Assembly (NCBI GenBank): GCA_964588985.1
Contig: CAZPQW010000007.1
Location: 32,001 to 96,000, forward strand
Source of the DNA: an uncultured Solirubrobacteraceae bacterium
Lineage (GTDB): Bacteria > Actinomycetota > Thermoleophilia > Solirubrobacterales > Solirubrobacteraceae
DNA: 64,000 nucleotides
Direction of reading: 5' to 3'
The number at the start of each line of letters is the position of its first letter. Positions within the stretch are counted from its first letter, which is position 1. The translations under genes and the position numbers were made by a program. The notes under the pieces were generated by a model. The model saw only the letters and a program-made list of their open reading frames with translations. It was not told the origin of the DNA and made no database searches. Of this stretch, positions 29,392 to 37,658 are shown in pieces.

Positions 29392-29645
29392 TGGAGGGAG
29401 CTCCGAGTTGCTGGGTGGGCGAGTTCCTCACTAAAGATATCAGGTTTATCGTTGACCACCCTCATCTGCATGGCCCAGCCCGCAAGACGCGGCCGTTCCC
29501 GGCGTGACGTACGCTTCGCGAACACCGCATCGAAACGATGTCAACCGGGTTACACAGATAAGCCCCACGAGCACGTGGCCGCGAAGTCGCGGCCTGTGAG
29601 CACTCAAAGCATGCGGGCACAAGCGAGACAAGGAGGGACTCCGAC

Positions 29646-30695
29646 ATGAGCAGGCAGATCGGTTCACGCAGGGCCCTGGGCGCGATGCTCGTGGCAAGCA
29701 TGGCGCTGATGCTCGCGCTGCCCGCCGGCTCGCAGGCCATCACGGCCAAAACGCACGTCTCCACGGGCCCGGCGACTCACCTGCGCGGCGCCACCGGCCT
29801 GCTCACCGGCCAGGTCTTTCCCCAGGGCGTCGAAACCAGCTACTACTTCCAATACGGGGTCACGACCGCGTATGGCTCGCAGACACCGACCCTCGTGGCC
29901 GGCAGCGGCACAGTCAAGGTCGCGGTGGGCCAGCCCGTCGCGGGACTGATACCGGGAACCACCTACCACTTCAGGCTGGTGGGGCTCGCTGGCGGCCTCA
30001 CGATCACCGGACGCGACAAGACGTTCGTCGCCGGCGGCACAGCGAAGACGAGGCTCGTGTTCCGGCTCGCCAAGCCCGCCGCTCCTGACGTGTTCGGCAG
30101 CCCGGCGCTGATCAGCGGGACGCTGTCTGGCCTGGGCAACGCCAACCAGCCGATCGCGCTGCAGGCGAGCCCCTACCCGTACCTGGAACCGTTTGTGAAC
30201 ATCGGCGCTCCGGGCACCACCAACTCGGTCGGAGCGTTCTCGTTCCGCGTCAGCAACCTCACGATCGGCACCCAGTTCCGCGTGGTCACGCTCGGGAAGC
30301 TGCCGGTATACAGCCCGGTGGTGACCGAGGAGGTGGCGCCGAAGGTGACCCTGCACGTGCGCGCAACCAAACGCCCCGGGTTCGTGCGCTTCTACGGGGT
30401 GGTCTCCCCCGCCAAGGTTGGAGCGCCGATCCTGTTCCAGCTGCAGAAGGCGACCAGGCCACACGGCGCCTTGGAAATCTCCACGAGATACGTGACGGCG
30501 TCCAGCACCGTGCTCAAGCGCGGCGGCGTCACGTTCTCGCGCTTCAGCGCGGTAGTGGAAATCCAGCACGCCGGCCGCTATCGGGCGATGATCAAGCTGA
30601 GCAAGGGCGCGCTGGTGTCCGGCGCGAGCAACGGCGTCGTGCTGCACAACACGGTCCCCACTCACAAGCGGAGCAAACGCAAGAAGAAAGGCTAG
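29646..30695 (+). CDS. Secreted beta-sandwich (FN3-like) protein with basic C-terminal tail
   Basis: Signal peptide, YYFQYG...YG...GLIPGTTYHFRLV and tail HKRSKRKKKG. AAGGAGG RBS. Confidence 0.8.
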   Translation: MSRQIGSRRALGAMLVASMALMLALPAGSQAITAKTHVSTGPATHLRGATGLLTGQVFPQGVETSYYFQYGVTTAYGSQTPTLVAGSGTVKVAVGQPVAGLIPGTTYHFRLVGLAGGLTITGRDKTFVAGGTAKTRLVFRLAKPAAPDVFGSPALISGTLSGLGNANQPIALQASPYPYLEPFVNIGAPGTTNSVGAFSFRVSNLTIGTQFRVVTLGKLPVYSPVVTEEVAPKVTLHVRATKRPGFVRFYGVVSPAKVGAPILFQLQKATRPHGALEISTRYVTASSTVLKRGGVTFSRFSAVVEIQHAGRYRAMIKLSKGALVSGASNGVVLHNTVPTHKRSKRKKKG

Positions 30696-30711
30696 GAGCG
30701 AGGCCGACTGG

Positions 30712-32739
30712 TCAGCCGGCGAGCAGGCCGCGGGCGACGAGCAGGTCCATCACGCGCTCGACCTCCTCCTCGACCGTTTCGCGCGAGCTGCCCAGCACGA
30801 GATCCGGTTCGGAGGGCGCCTCATATGGCGCGCCGACACCCGTCAGGCCCGCCAGCTCGCCCGATCGCGCCCGCGCGTAGAGACCCTTCGGGTCACGCTC
30901 CTCGCACAGCTCCAGCGGCGCGTCCACGTGGATCTCGAGGAAGCCCAGGTCGTCGGCCGAGTGCAGCGCCGCGGCCGCCTCGCGGTCGGCCGCGTAGGGG
31001 CTCACTAGGCTGACGAGCGCGATCGTGCCGGACTCCGCCAGCAGCCTCGCCACATGCGCGGTGCGCCGCACGTTCTCCGTGCGCGCGTGCTCATCGAAGC
31101 CGAGGTCGCCGTTGAGACCATGGCGGAGGTTATCCCCGTCGAGCAGGAACGCCGGCTGACCCGCTTCGATCAGGCGCTCCTCCACGGCCGCCGCGACGGT
31201 CGACTTGCCCGCCCCCGGCAGGCCGGTGAACCACAGCGTCGCGCCGCCGTGTCCGAGCGCGCTCCAGCGCCGCTCGCGCGTCATCCGCGTTCCCTGCCAG
31301 CGCACGTTCGGGCTGCGCTCTGTCTTCGGTTCCGCCCCGCTGCCCTCCACCTCCGTGTCGAGGACCACGCCCGCCGCGACCGTTTCGTTGGTCGCCTCGT
31401 CGATCACGATCAGGCTCCCGGTCACGCGGTTGCGCCGGTAGGAGTCGAACACCAGGGGCGCGCTCAGCTGCAGGTGCACCCGTCCGAGGTCGTTCAGCTC
31501 GAGCGTCGTCGCGCCCTCGTCGCGACGCAGGGTCTCCACGTCGATCTTGTAGCGGACGTCGACCGCGCCGACCATCGCGGTACGCGTGGTGTGCTTGACG
31601 ATGTAGCGCCTGCGCGGGCTCAGCGGGTGCTCGGACATCCAGCACAGCAGGCACTCGAAGCTGTTCGACACCGTCGGCTGGTTCTGGGTACGCACGATCA
31701 CGCTGCCGCGGCCCACGTCGATGTCGTCGGCCAGCCGCAGCGCGACCGACATCGGCGGGAACGCCTCCTCGACCGGCCCGTCGAACGTGTCGATCGAGGC
31801 GATCGTCGTGTGCTGGCCGCTCGGCAGCACGACCACGTCGTCGCCGGGGCGCATCACGCCGCCGGCCACCTGACCAGCGTAGGCGCGGTAGTCCGCGACG
31901 CTCGAGGCGGGCGGACGGATCACCCACTGCACCGGAAAGCGCACGTCGATCAGGTTGCGATCGGAGGCGATGTGCACGTGCTCGAGGTGGTAGAGCAGCG
32001 GCGGACCCTGATACCAGGGCATCGACTCGGAGCGATCGACGACGTTGTCGCCGAGCAGCGCGGAGATCGGGATGAACGTCACGTCCGGCATCTCCAGGCG
32101 CGCCGCGAAGCGGTCGAAGTCCTCAACGATCGCGTCGAAGGTCTGCTCGTCGAAGTCGACCAGGTCCATCTTGTTGACGCACACCACGATGTGCGGGATG
32201 CCCAGCAGCGAGCTGATGAACGCGTGACGCTTGGACTGCGAGATGACGCCCTTGCGCGCGTCGATCAGCACGATCGCCAGGTCCGCGGTCGAGGCGCCGG
32301 TGACCATGTTGCGCGTGTACTGCTCGTGCCCGGGCGTGTCGGCGATGATGAAGCGGCGCTGGGCGGTGGCGAAGTAGCGGTATGCCACATCGATCGTGAT
32401 GCCCTGCTCGCGCTCGGCCCGCAGCCCGTCGGTCAGCAGCGACAGGTCCACGAAGTCGTGGCCCATCCGCTCACTGGCCTGCTCCACGTGCGCCAGCTGG
32501 TCTGAGAGGACCTGCTTGCTGTCGTACAGCAGCCGCCCGATCAGCGTGCTCTTGCCGTCGTCCACCGAGCCGGCGGTGGCGAAGCGCAGCAGGTCCGCGG
32601 GGCGCTCTGTCAGCCGCTTGAACGCCTCAGCCGAGTCGCCCGCCACCGACGCCGCGACCGCCTCGCCGTGATCGGGCCCGTTGCCGTTGCCGTTGACCAG
32701 CACGCCAGAAGAACGGCCGGGGAGGTCCGGAAGTTGCAT
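30712..32739 (-). CDS. cysNC: Bifunctional sulfate adenylyltransferase subunit 1 / adenylyl-sulfate kinase
   Basis: GSVDDGKST, DTPGH and NKMD (GTPase). WFTGLPGAGKST, LDGDN and RDPKGLY (APS kinase). Confidence 0.97.
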   Translation of the reverse strand: MQLPDLPGRSSGVLVNGNGNGPDHGEAVAASVAGDSAEAFKRLTERPADLLRFATAGSVDDGKSTLIGRLLYDSKQVLSDQLAHVEQASERMGHDFVDLSLLTDGLRAEREQGITIDVAYRYFATAQRRFIIADTPGHEQYTRNMVTGASTADLAIVLIDARKGVISQSKRHAFISSLLGIPHIVVCVNKMDLVDFDEQTFDAIVEDFDRFAARLEMPDVTFIPISALLGDNVVDRSESMPWYQGPPLLYHLEHVHIASDRNLIDVRFPVQWVIRPPASSVADYRAYAGQVAGGVMRPGDDVVVLPSGQHTTIASIDTFDGPVEEAFPPMSVALRLADDIDVGRGSVIVRTQNQPTVSNSFECLLCWMSEHPLSPRRRYIVKHTTRTAMVGAVDVRYKIDVETLRRDEGATTLELNDLGRVHLQLSAPLVFDSYRRNRVTGSLIVIDEATNETVAAGVVLDTEVEGSGAEPKTERSPNVRWQGTRMTRERRWSALGHGGATLWFTGLPGAGKSTVAAAVEERLIEAGQPAFLLDGDNLRHGLNGDLGFDEHARTENVRRTAHVARLLAESGTIALVSLVSPYAADREAAAALHSADDLGFLEIHVDAPLELCEERDPKGLYARARSGELAGLTGVGAPYEAPSEPDLVLGSSRETVEEEVERVMDLLVARGLLAG

Positions 32740-33650
32740 CAGAAATACCCCTGCCGCTTGCGATCCTCCATCGCGGCCTCCGTCGCACGGTCATCCGCGC
32801 GCGTCTGCCCGCGCTCGGTGATCTCGGTCGCGGCGATCTCGGTCACGACCTGCTCGAGCGTCGCCGCGTCGGACTCGACCGCGCCGGTGCAGCTCATGTC
32901 GCCGACCGTGCGGTAGCGCACCGTCGCCGTGAAAGCCTCCTCGCCGTCCATCAGCTCGACGAACGGACTGACCGCATACAGCATGCCGTCGCGCTCGAAC
33001 ACCTCGCGATCGTGGGCGAAGTAGATCGACGGGACCTCGAGCCGCTCCTCGGCTATGTACTGCCACACGTCGAGCTCGGTCCAGTTGGAGATCGGGAACA
33101 CACGCGCGTGCTCGCCTTTCTTGAGCCTGCCGTTGTAAAGCCCCCACAGCTCGGGGCGCTGACGCTGAGGCTCCCACTGGCCGAACTCGTCGCGGAAGGA
33201 GAGGATGCGCTCCTTCGCGCGTGCGCGCTCCTCGTCGCGGCGGGCGCCGCCGAAGGCCGCGTCGAAGCCGTGCTCGGTGATCGCGTCGAGCAGCGTGACC
33301 GTCTGCAGCGCGTTGCGCGAGGCTCGCGGCCCGGTCTCCTCGACGACTCGTCCTTCGCGGATCGAGTCCTCGACCGAGGCGACGACGAGGCGCTCTCCGA
33401 GTTCTTCGACCTTGCGGTCGCGGAACTCGATCGCCTCGGGGAAGTTGTGGCCCGTGTCGACATGCATCAACGGGAACGGGAACGGCGCCGGACGAAACGC
33501 CTTCTCCGCCAGACGCAACAGCACGATCGAGTCCTTGCCGCCGCTGAACAGCAGCACCGGCCGCTCGAATTCGGCGGCCACCTCGCGCATCACGTGAATC
33601 GCCTCGGACTCGAGTGTGCGCAGATGCGTTAGGTGGTAGGTGGCGGGCAT
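32739..33650 (-). CDS. cysD: Sulfate adenylyltransferase subunit 2
   Basis: FSGGKDS, HVDTGHNF, GGARRDEE and MEDRKRQGYF. TGATG coupling to cysNC. Confidence 0.97.
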   Translation of the reverse strand: MPATYHLTHLRTLESEAIHVMREVAAEFERPVLLFSGGKDSIVLLRLAEKAFRPAPFPFPLMHVDTGHNFPEAIEFRDRKVEELGERLVVASVEDSIREGRVVEETGPRASRNALQTVTLLDAITEHGFDAAFGGARRDEERARAKERILSFRDEFGQWEPQRQRPELWGLYNGRLKKGEHARVFPISNWTELDVWQYIAEERLEVPSIYFAHDREVFERDGMLYAVSPFVELMDGEEAFTATVRYRTVGDMSCTGAVESDAATLEQVVTEIAATEITERGQTRADDRATEAAMEDRKRQGYF

Positions 33651-33738
33651 CCGTGCTGTGTGGCTGAAGTTAGCCAATGTGGAGCAGAGCTATGTGAACT
33701 TTAGGGTGCGTGTTCGCTTTGTCAAGCCTCGACGCGTT

Positions 33739-34860
33739 CTACGGCACGTTCTCGGCGACCTGTTCGAGCAGCACGGATTCCAGGCGCGCGGCCACCAGCG
33801 GCCATGCAAAGCGCTTCGCGCGCTCGGCTCCGGCAACCCCCATGCGCCGGGCCAGCTCGCGGTCGCTCAACAATCTGGTGAGCGCATCGGCAACCGCCCG
33901 CTCGTCGGTCGGGTCGACCAGCAGGCCCGTCTCGCCGTCGGCCACCGCGTCCAGGGCGCCGGCCACATTGCCTGCCACGACCGGCTTGCCGTAAGCGGCG
34001 GCTTCGAGGTAGACGATCCCGAAGCCCTCGCCGGCACGGCCGTCGGAGGGCAGGCGACTCGGCATCGTAAACACGTCCGTACGACGCAGCCATAGGTCGC
34101 GCTCGTCGTCTGAGACCGTACCGAGGAACCGCACCGCGTCAGTTACGCCCACTGCGCTCGCGAGCCGTTCGAGATCGCCGCGCAGCGGCCCGTCGCCGAT
34201 CACCACCAGCTCCACGTCGGGCACATCGGCGCGCACGCGCGCCAGTGCGCGGATCAGCACGTCGTGCCCCTTGTAGGCGTCCCGCAGGCGCGCGATCGTG
34301 AGCAGAGTCGGACGCTCGGGCCGCTCCGGCGTGGGATCGCTCGGCAGCTCGACCCCCGGCGGGATCAGCCTCAACTCGGCGGGCGAGGCGCCGGTGGCCG
34401 CGATCAGACCGGCTGTGTAGGAGCTGACCGCCACCACCACGTCCGCCCTGCCGGCCGCGAACGCCGCCAGCCTGGGTTTGCCGCCGATCTCGTTCGCGTG
34501 GAAGTACTGCACCGTCCGCGCCCCGAGCGCGCGTCGGATCGCCGCAGCGGCGGGACTCGCGACGATGTGCGCGATCAGGATCACGTCGGGGCGAAAGCGC
34601 CGCGCCTCCGCGAGCGCGGCCAAGTTCAACGCCACCATGCGCGCCGGCCCGAGCTTCTTGCCAACCCTCACCCGTCGTGTGGAGAGCCCGCTGTGCCGAT
34701 CGAAGCTCGCCGCGCCGGGCCCGTCGAGCGCGAGCACCCGCGTCTCGAAGCCCTTCACGCCCGCCGCCAGGCGATAGGTCAAGAGCTGGATGCCTCCTGG
34801 GGCGGGCGGGAAGTCGGGGGTCAGCACGAGCAGCCGGGGTGTGCGCGTTGGCGAGCCCAT
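33739..34860 (-). CDS. GT4 glycosyltransferase
   Basis: DFPPAPGGI, KGHD and EGFGIVYLEA. Confidence 0.93.
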   Translation of the reverse strand: MGSPTRTPRLLVLTPDFPPAPGGIQLLTYRLAAGVKGFETRVLALDGPGAASFDRHSGLSTRRVRVGKKLGPARMVALNLAALAEARRFRPDVILIAHIVASPAAAAIRRALGARTVQYFHANEIGGKPRLAAFAAGRADVVVAVSSYTAGLIAATGASPAELRLIPPGVELPSDPTPERPERPTLLTIARLRDAYKGHDVLIRALARVRADVPDVELVVIGDGPLRGDLERLASAVGVTDAVRFLGTVSDDERDLWLRRTDVFTMPSRLPSDGRAGEGFGIVYLEAAAYGKPVVAGNVAGALDAVADGETGLLVDPTDERAVADALTRLLSDRELARRMGVAGAERAKRFAWPLVAARLESVLLEQVAENVP

Positions 34861-34991
34861 TGCCGACGGAGCATCTCACGGTGCGTCGTCCACCTGCACA
34901 AACGTCCGTAGCGCCGGCTTCTCGTCAAGCCCTCCCGGGATCCCACCGATCGGGAGAGCGACCCACCCAACGACTCCTCCCCCTGGAGATC

Positions 34992-37631
34992 ATGCCCGTC
35001 ACGCCCACCCATCGCCGCGCCGTCGCACGGAGAGCCTCGCTCCTTGCCGCCCTCGCGCTCGCGGCTCTGCTCAGCCTGCTCGCCCTGACGGGCGCCCCCG
35101 CCCGCGCCGCCCATGGCGCTCGCGTGAGCGCACACAGTCGCGTCGCGCACAGCCACTGCACGGTCAAGCGCGCCAAGAAGTCCTCCAGGCATGCCCAGGT
35201 GCGGACGTGCACGAGCACCAAGAAGACCAAGCGCGCCGCGAAGAGGCACAGGGGCCTGATCGTGGAAGAGGTCGGTGGCCCGGGCACGCCCGGCGCTCCC
35301 AGCGAACCCTCGACTCCCGTCAAATCCAAAGGGGGCAGGGAATCGGGCAAAGCCGTGGGCAACCTCCCGGTCGAGTCCGGCGAAACGGTCAGCGACCCGA
35401 TCGACCCGCGCTTCCTCACCGACGTCACGTTCGGCACCCGCTCGTTCTGGGTGCAGCCGTGGCGCTCGTACCTCGACACGTGGCCCGGGTCGCGGCTGCT
35501 GGAAGCGGTCGGAATCAACTTCAACGTCGCCCCGCCGCTTGCCGAAGACACCGCGCAGCTGCTGCAGGACGACGGCTTCAAGCTGGCTCGCATCGGGATC
35601 AACTGGTCGGCGCTCAACTACAGCGACCCGACCACGTTCATCCCCGAACGGCTCGCGAACATAGTCACGCGACTGACCGCCCTGCACAAGCACGGGCTGC
35701 GCCCGCTGATCGTGCTCGACGCCTACAGCGGCGCCCCCGCGCCCGCCAAGCACGTGACCCTCGAAACAACCGTCGCGGCGGCCGCGGGTGCGCAGACGGT
35801 GACCCTCAGCGCCGCGAGCGCGGCGGAAGTCGTCCCCGGCAAGACCGGCTTCAACAGCCTCGCCTTCGGCGGAGCGCCGGACATCCTGATCAGCTCGCTG
35901 AGCGGACACGTCGCCACCCTCTCGAGGCCGCTGAAGAGCGCCCTCGCCGCGGGCTCGCACCCCGGCACGACTCTGCTGTACGCGCCGTTCGCCGCTCCCA
36001 CACTTCCCAACGGACAGTCCAATCCCGCCTTCCAGGCGACGCTCAACGGCTGGCTGAACTACGTATCGCAGGTCTGCAAAGAGGCCGCGAGCATCGTCGG
36101 GCCCGAAGGCTATGACCTCGAGGTGTGGAACGAGCTCAGCTTCAGCTCCCAGTTCCTGAACGCCGAAAACTACTACTTGCCCTCAGGCGAAGAACACGGC
36201 GAATCGGCCTACAACCCCGGCAACGAAAACGGCCTCGAAGCGAACACCAGCACCGAAGCGAGCCCCAGCGCCGAAGCGGGCTCGGGCCCGGAAACCGAGC
36301 AGGGAACCGAAGCCGAAAACGGCCCTGAAACCGAAGGCGAACTGGAAGCGGAACCGACCAGCGAAGGCGCCGGCGCGGCTGTTCGCGCGCTCACCGCGAC
36401 GCGCACCGAAGTGCCGCACAAGCGGGTCGTGAACAAGGAAATCCGCAAAGCGCTGCTCGCCGCGACGGTCGCCTTCGTGCGCAACCCCTCGAGCGGCGTC
36501 CCCGCGGGCGTCGGCATCACAGACGGCTTCGCCAGCCAGACGCCCTTCCCCTCCGGCGCGGAAGCTCCGCTGGGACTGACGGCGCTGAGCAAGCACCCGT
36601 ACGTCGGCGTGAAGAGCTACCCCACCGAATACCGCGAACGCCACATCGCGCCGCTCGACGCGCTCGGCGCGCGCGACACGAGCTCGCGAGAAAGCTTCGC
36701 GCCGCTGTTCGCACCCGCTTACCAGTCGCTGCTGCCCGAGTACACGCTCACCGCCACCTCAACGGAGACGCTGATTCGCGACATCGCGCCGATCACCACC
36801 AACGTCTACCACTACCCGCACGGGCGGAGCGTGGGGCCCGCGGGCGGCCAGCCGCTGCAGAAGTGGATCACCGAGTACAACCTCGCGATCGGCAAGGCCA
36901 AGGTCATGGGACCCGACGGAGTCACGCCGCAGACCGGCCCGTCGGCGACGCTCACCGCGGCCGACAGGCAGCACTTCCAGGCCAAGGTCGCGCTGCGCAG
37001 CCTCGTCTCGATGGTCGCCAAGGGCGAGTCTCGCGAGTACTTCTTCGCAGCCGCGCCCGGCACCCTGAGCCTGATCGACCCGGGCTTCTTCACCGCCGCG
37101 GAAGCAGAACCGAGCGTCTACCCCGGCGACGCCTCGGGTGGAGAGACGATGACAGGGATGCACAACATGCTCACCCGCTTCAACGGCCCCGGACCCGCCG
37201 GCGGCAACGCCAACCAGCTCACGCTCCTCTCGATCACCCAGAACGGCAACCACGCACAGTTCACGGGAGACGGCACGAGCGCCCACCCCAGCCTCTACGA
37301 CCGCTCCGTTCTCGCCGTCTTCCCCTTCCAGACCAGCCCCACCACCTACGTCATCCCCGTCTACGTGATGACGCGCGACCTGCTCACCCTCTACGAACCG
37401 TCCGCACCCGGTAGCGACGTCCACCGCTTCGACCTCCCCGACGAGACCTTCCACATCACGCTCGGCAACCTCCCCAGCACCGCCACGCCACCCACCGTCT
37501 CGAGCTACGACCCGCTGCGCGACGAAACCACCACAGCTCACCTCACGAGCCGCACCGGCAACCAGGCGACGTTCGAACTCACCGCCACCGACTACCCCCG
37601 GCTGCTGACGCTCGAATACAGCGGCGAATAG
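34992..37631 (+). CDS. Large secreted protein, putative clan GH-A glycoside hydrolase, paralog A
   Basis: Arg-rich signal peptide. DLEVWNE (acid/base-like), SKHPY and WITEY (nucleophile-like). GGAG RBS. Confidence 0.65.
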   Translation: MPVTPTHRRAVARRASLLAALALAALLSLLALTGAPARAAHGARVSAHSRVAHSHCTVKRAKKSSRHAQVRTCTSTKKTKRAAKRHRGLIVEEVGGPGTPGAPSEPSTPVKSKGGRESGKAVGNLPVESGETVSDPIDPRFLTDVTFGTRSFWVQPWRSYLDTWPGSRLLEAVGINFNVAPPLAEDTAQLLQDDGFKLARIGINWSALNYSDPTTFIPERLANIVTRLTALHKHGLRPLIVLDAYSGAPAPAKHVTLETTVAAAAGAQTVTLSAASAAEVVPGKTGFNSLAFGGAPDILISSLSGHVATLSRPLKSALAAGSHPGTTLLYAPFAAPTLPNGQSNPAFQATLNGWLNYVSQVCKEAASIVGPEGYDLEVWNELSFSSQFLNAENYYLPSGEEHGESAYNPGNENGLEANTSTEASPSAEAGSGPETEQGTEAENGPETEGELEAEPTSEGAGAAVRALTATRTEVPHKRVVNKEIRKALLAATVAFVRNPSSGVPAGVGITDGFASQTPFPSGAEAPLGLTALSKHPYVGVKSYPTEYRERHIAPLDALGARDTSSRESFAPLFAPAYQSLLPEYTLTATSTETLIRDIAPITTNVYHYPHGRSVGPAGGQPLQKWITEYNLAIGKAKVMGPDGVTPQTGPSATLTAADRQHFQAKVALRSLVSMVAKGESREYFFAAAPGTLSLIDPGFFTAAEAEPSVYPGDASGGETMTGMHNMLTRFNGPGPAGGNANQLTLLSITQNGNHAQFTGDGTSAHPSLYDRSVLAVFPFQTSPTTYVIPVYVMTRDLLTLYEPSAPGSDVHRFDLPDETFHITLGNLPSTATPPTVSSYDPLRDETTTAHLTSRTGNQATFELTATDYPRLLTLEYSGE
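37416..37631 (+). repeat. 216-bp near-identical direct repeat, copy 1 (copy 2 at 39801-40016)
   Basis: Manual alignment gives about 12 mismatches in 216 nt, and the first 61 nt are identical. Confidence 0.9.
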
Positions 37632-37658
37632 CCGCGGGGGCGTTCATAGAATGCGGCG

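Noticed and set aside
30712-33650. cysD/cysNC as a plain cysteine-biosynthesis operon
   Set aside because: There is no adjacent APS/PAPS reductase, sulfite reductase or sulfate transporter, and the genes are co-oriented with a GT4 at the edge of a sulfotransferase-rich locus. A dual role cannot be excluded.
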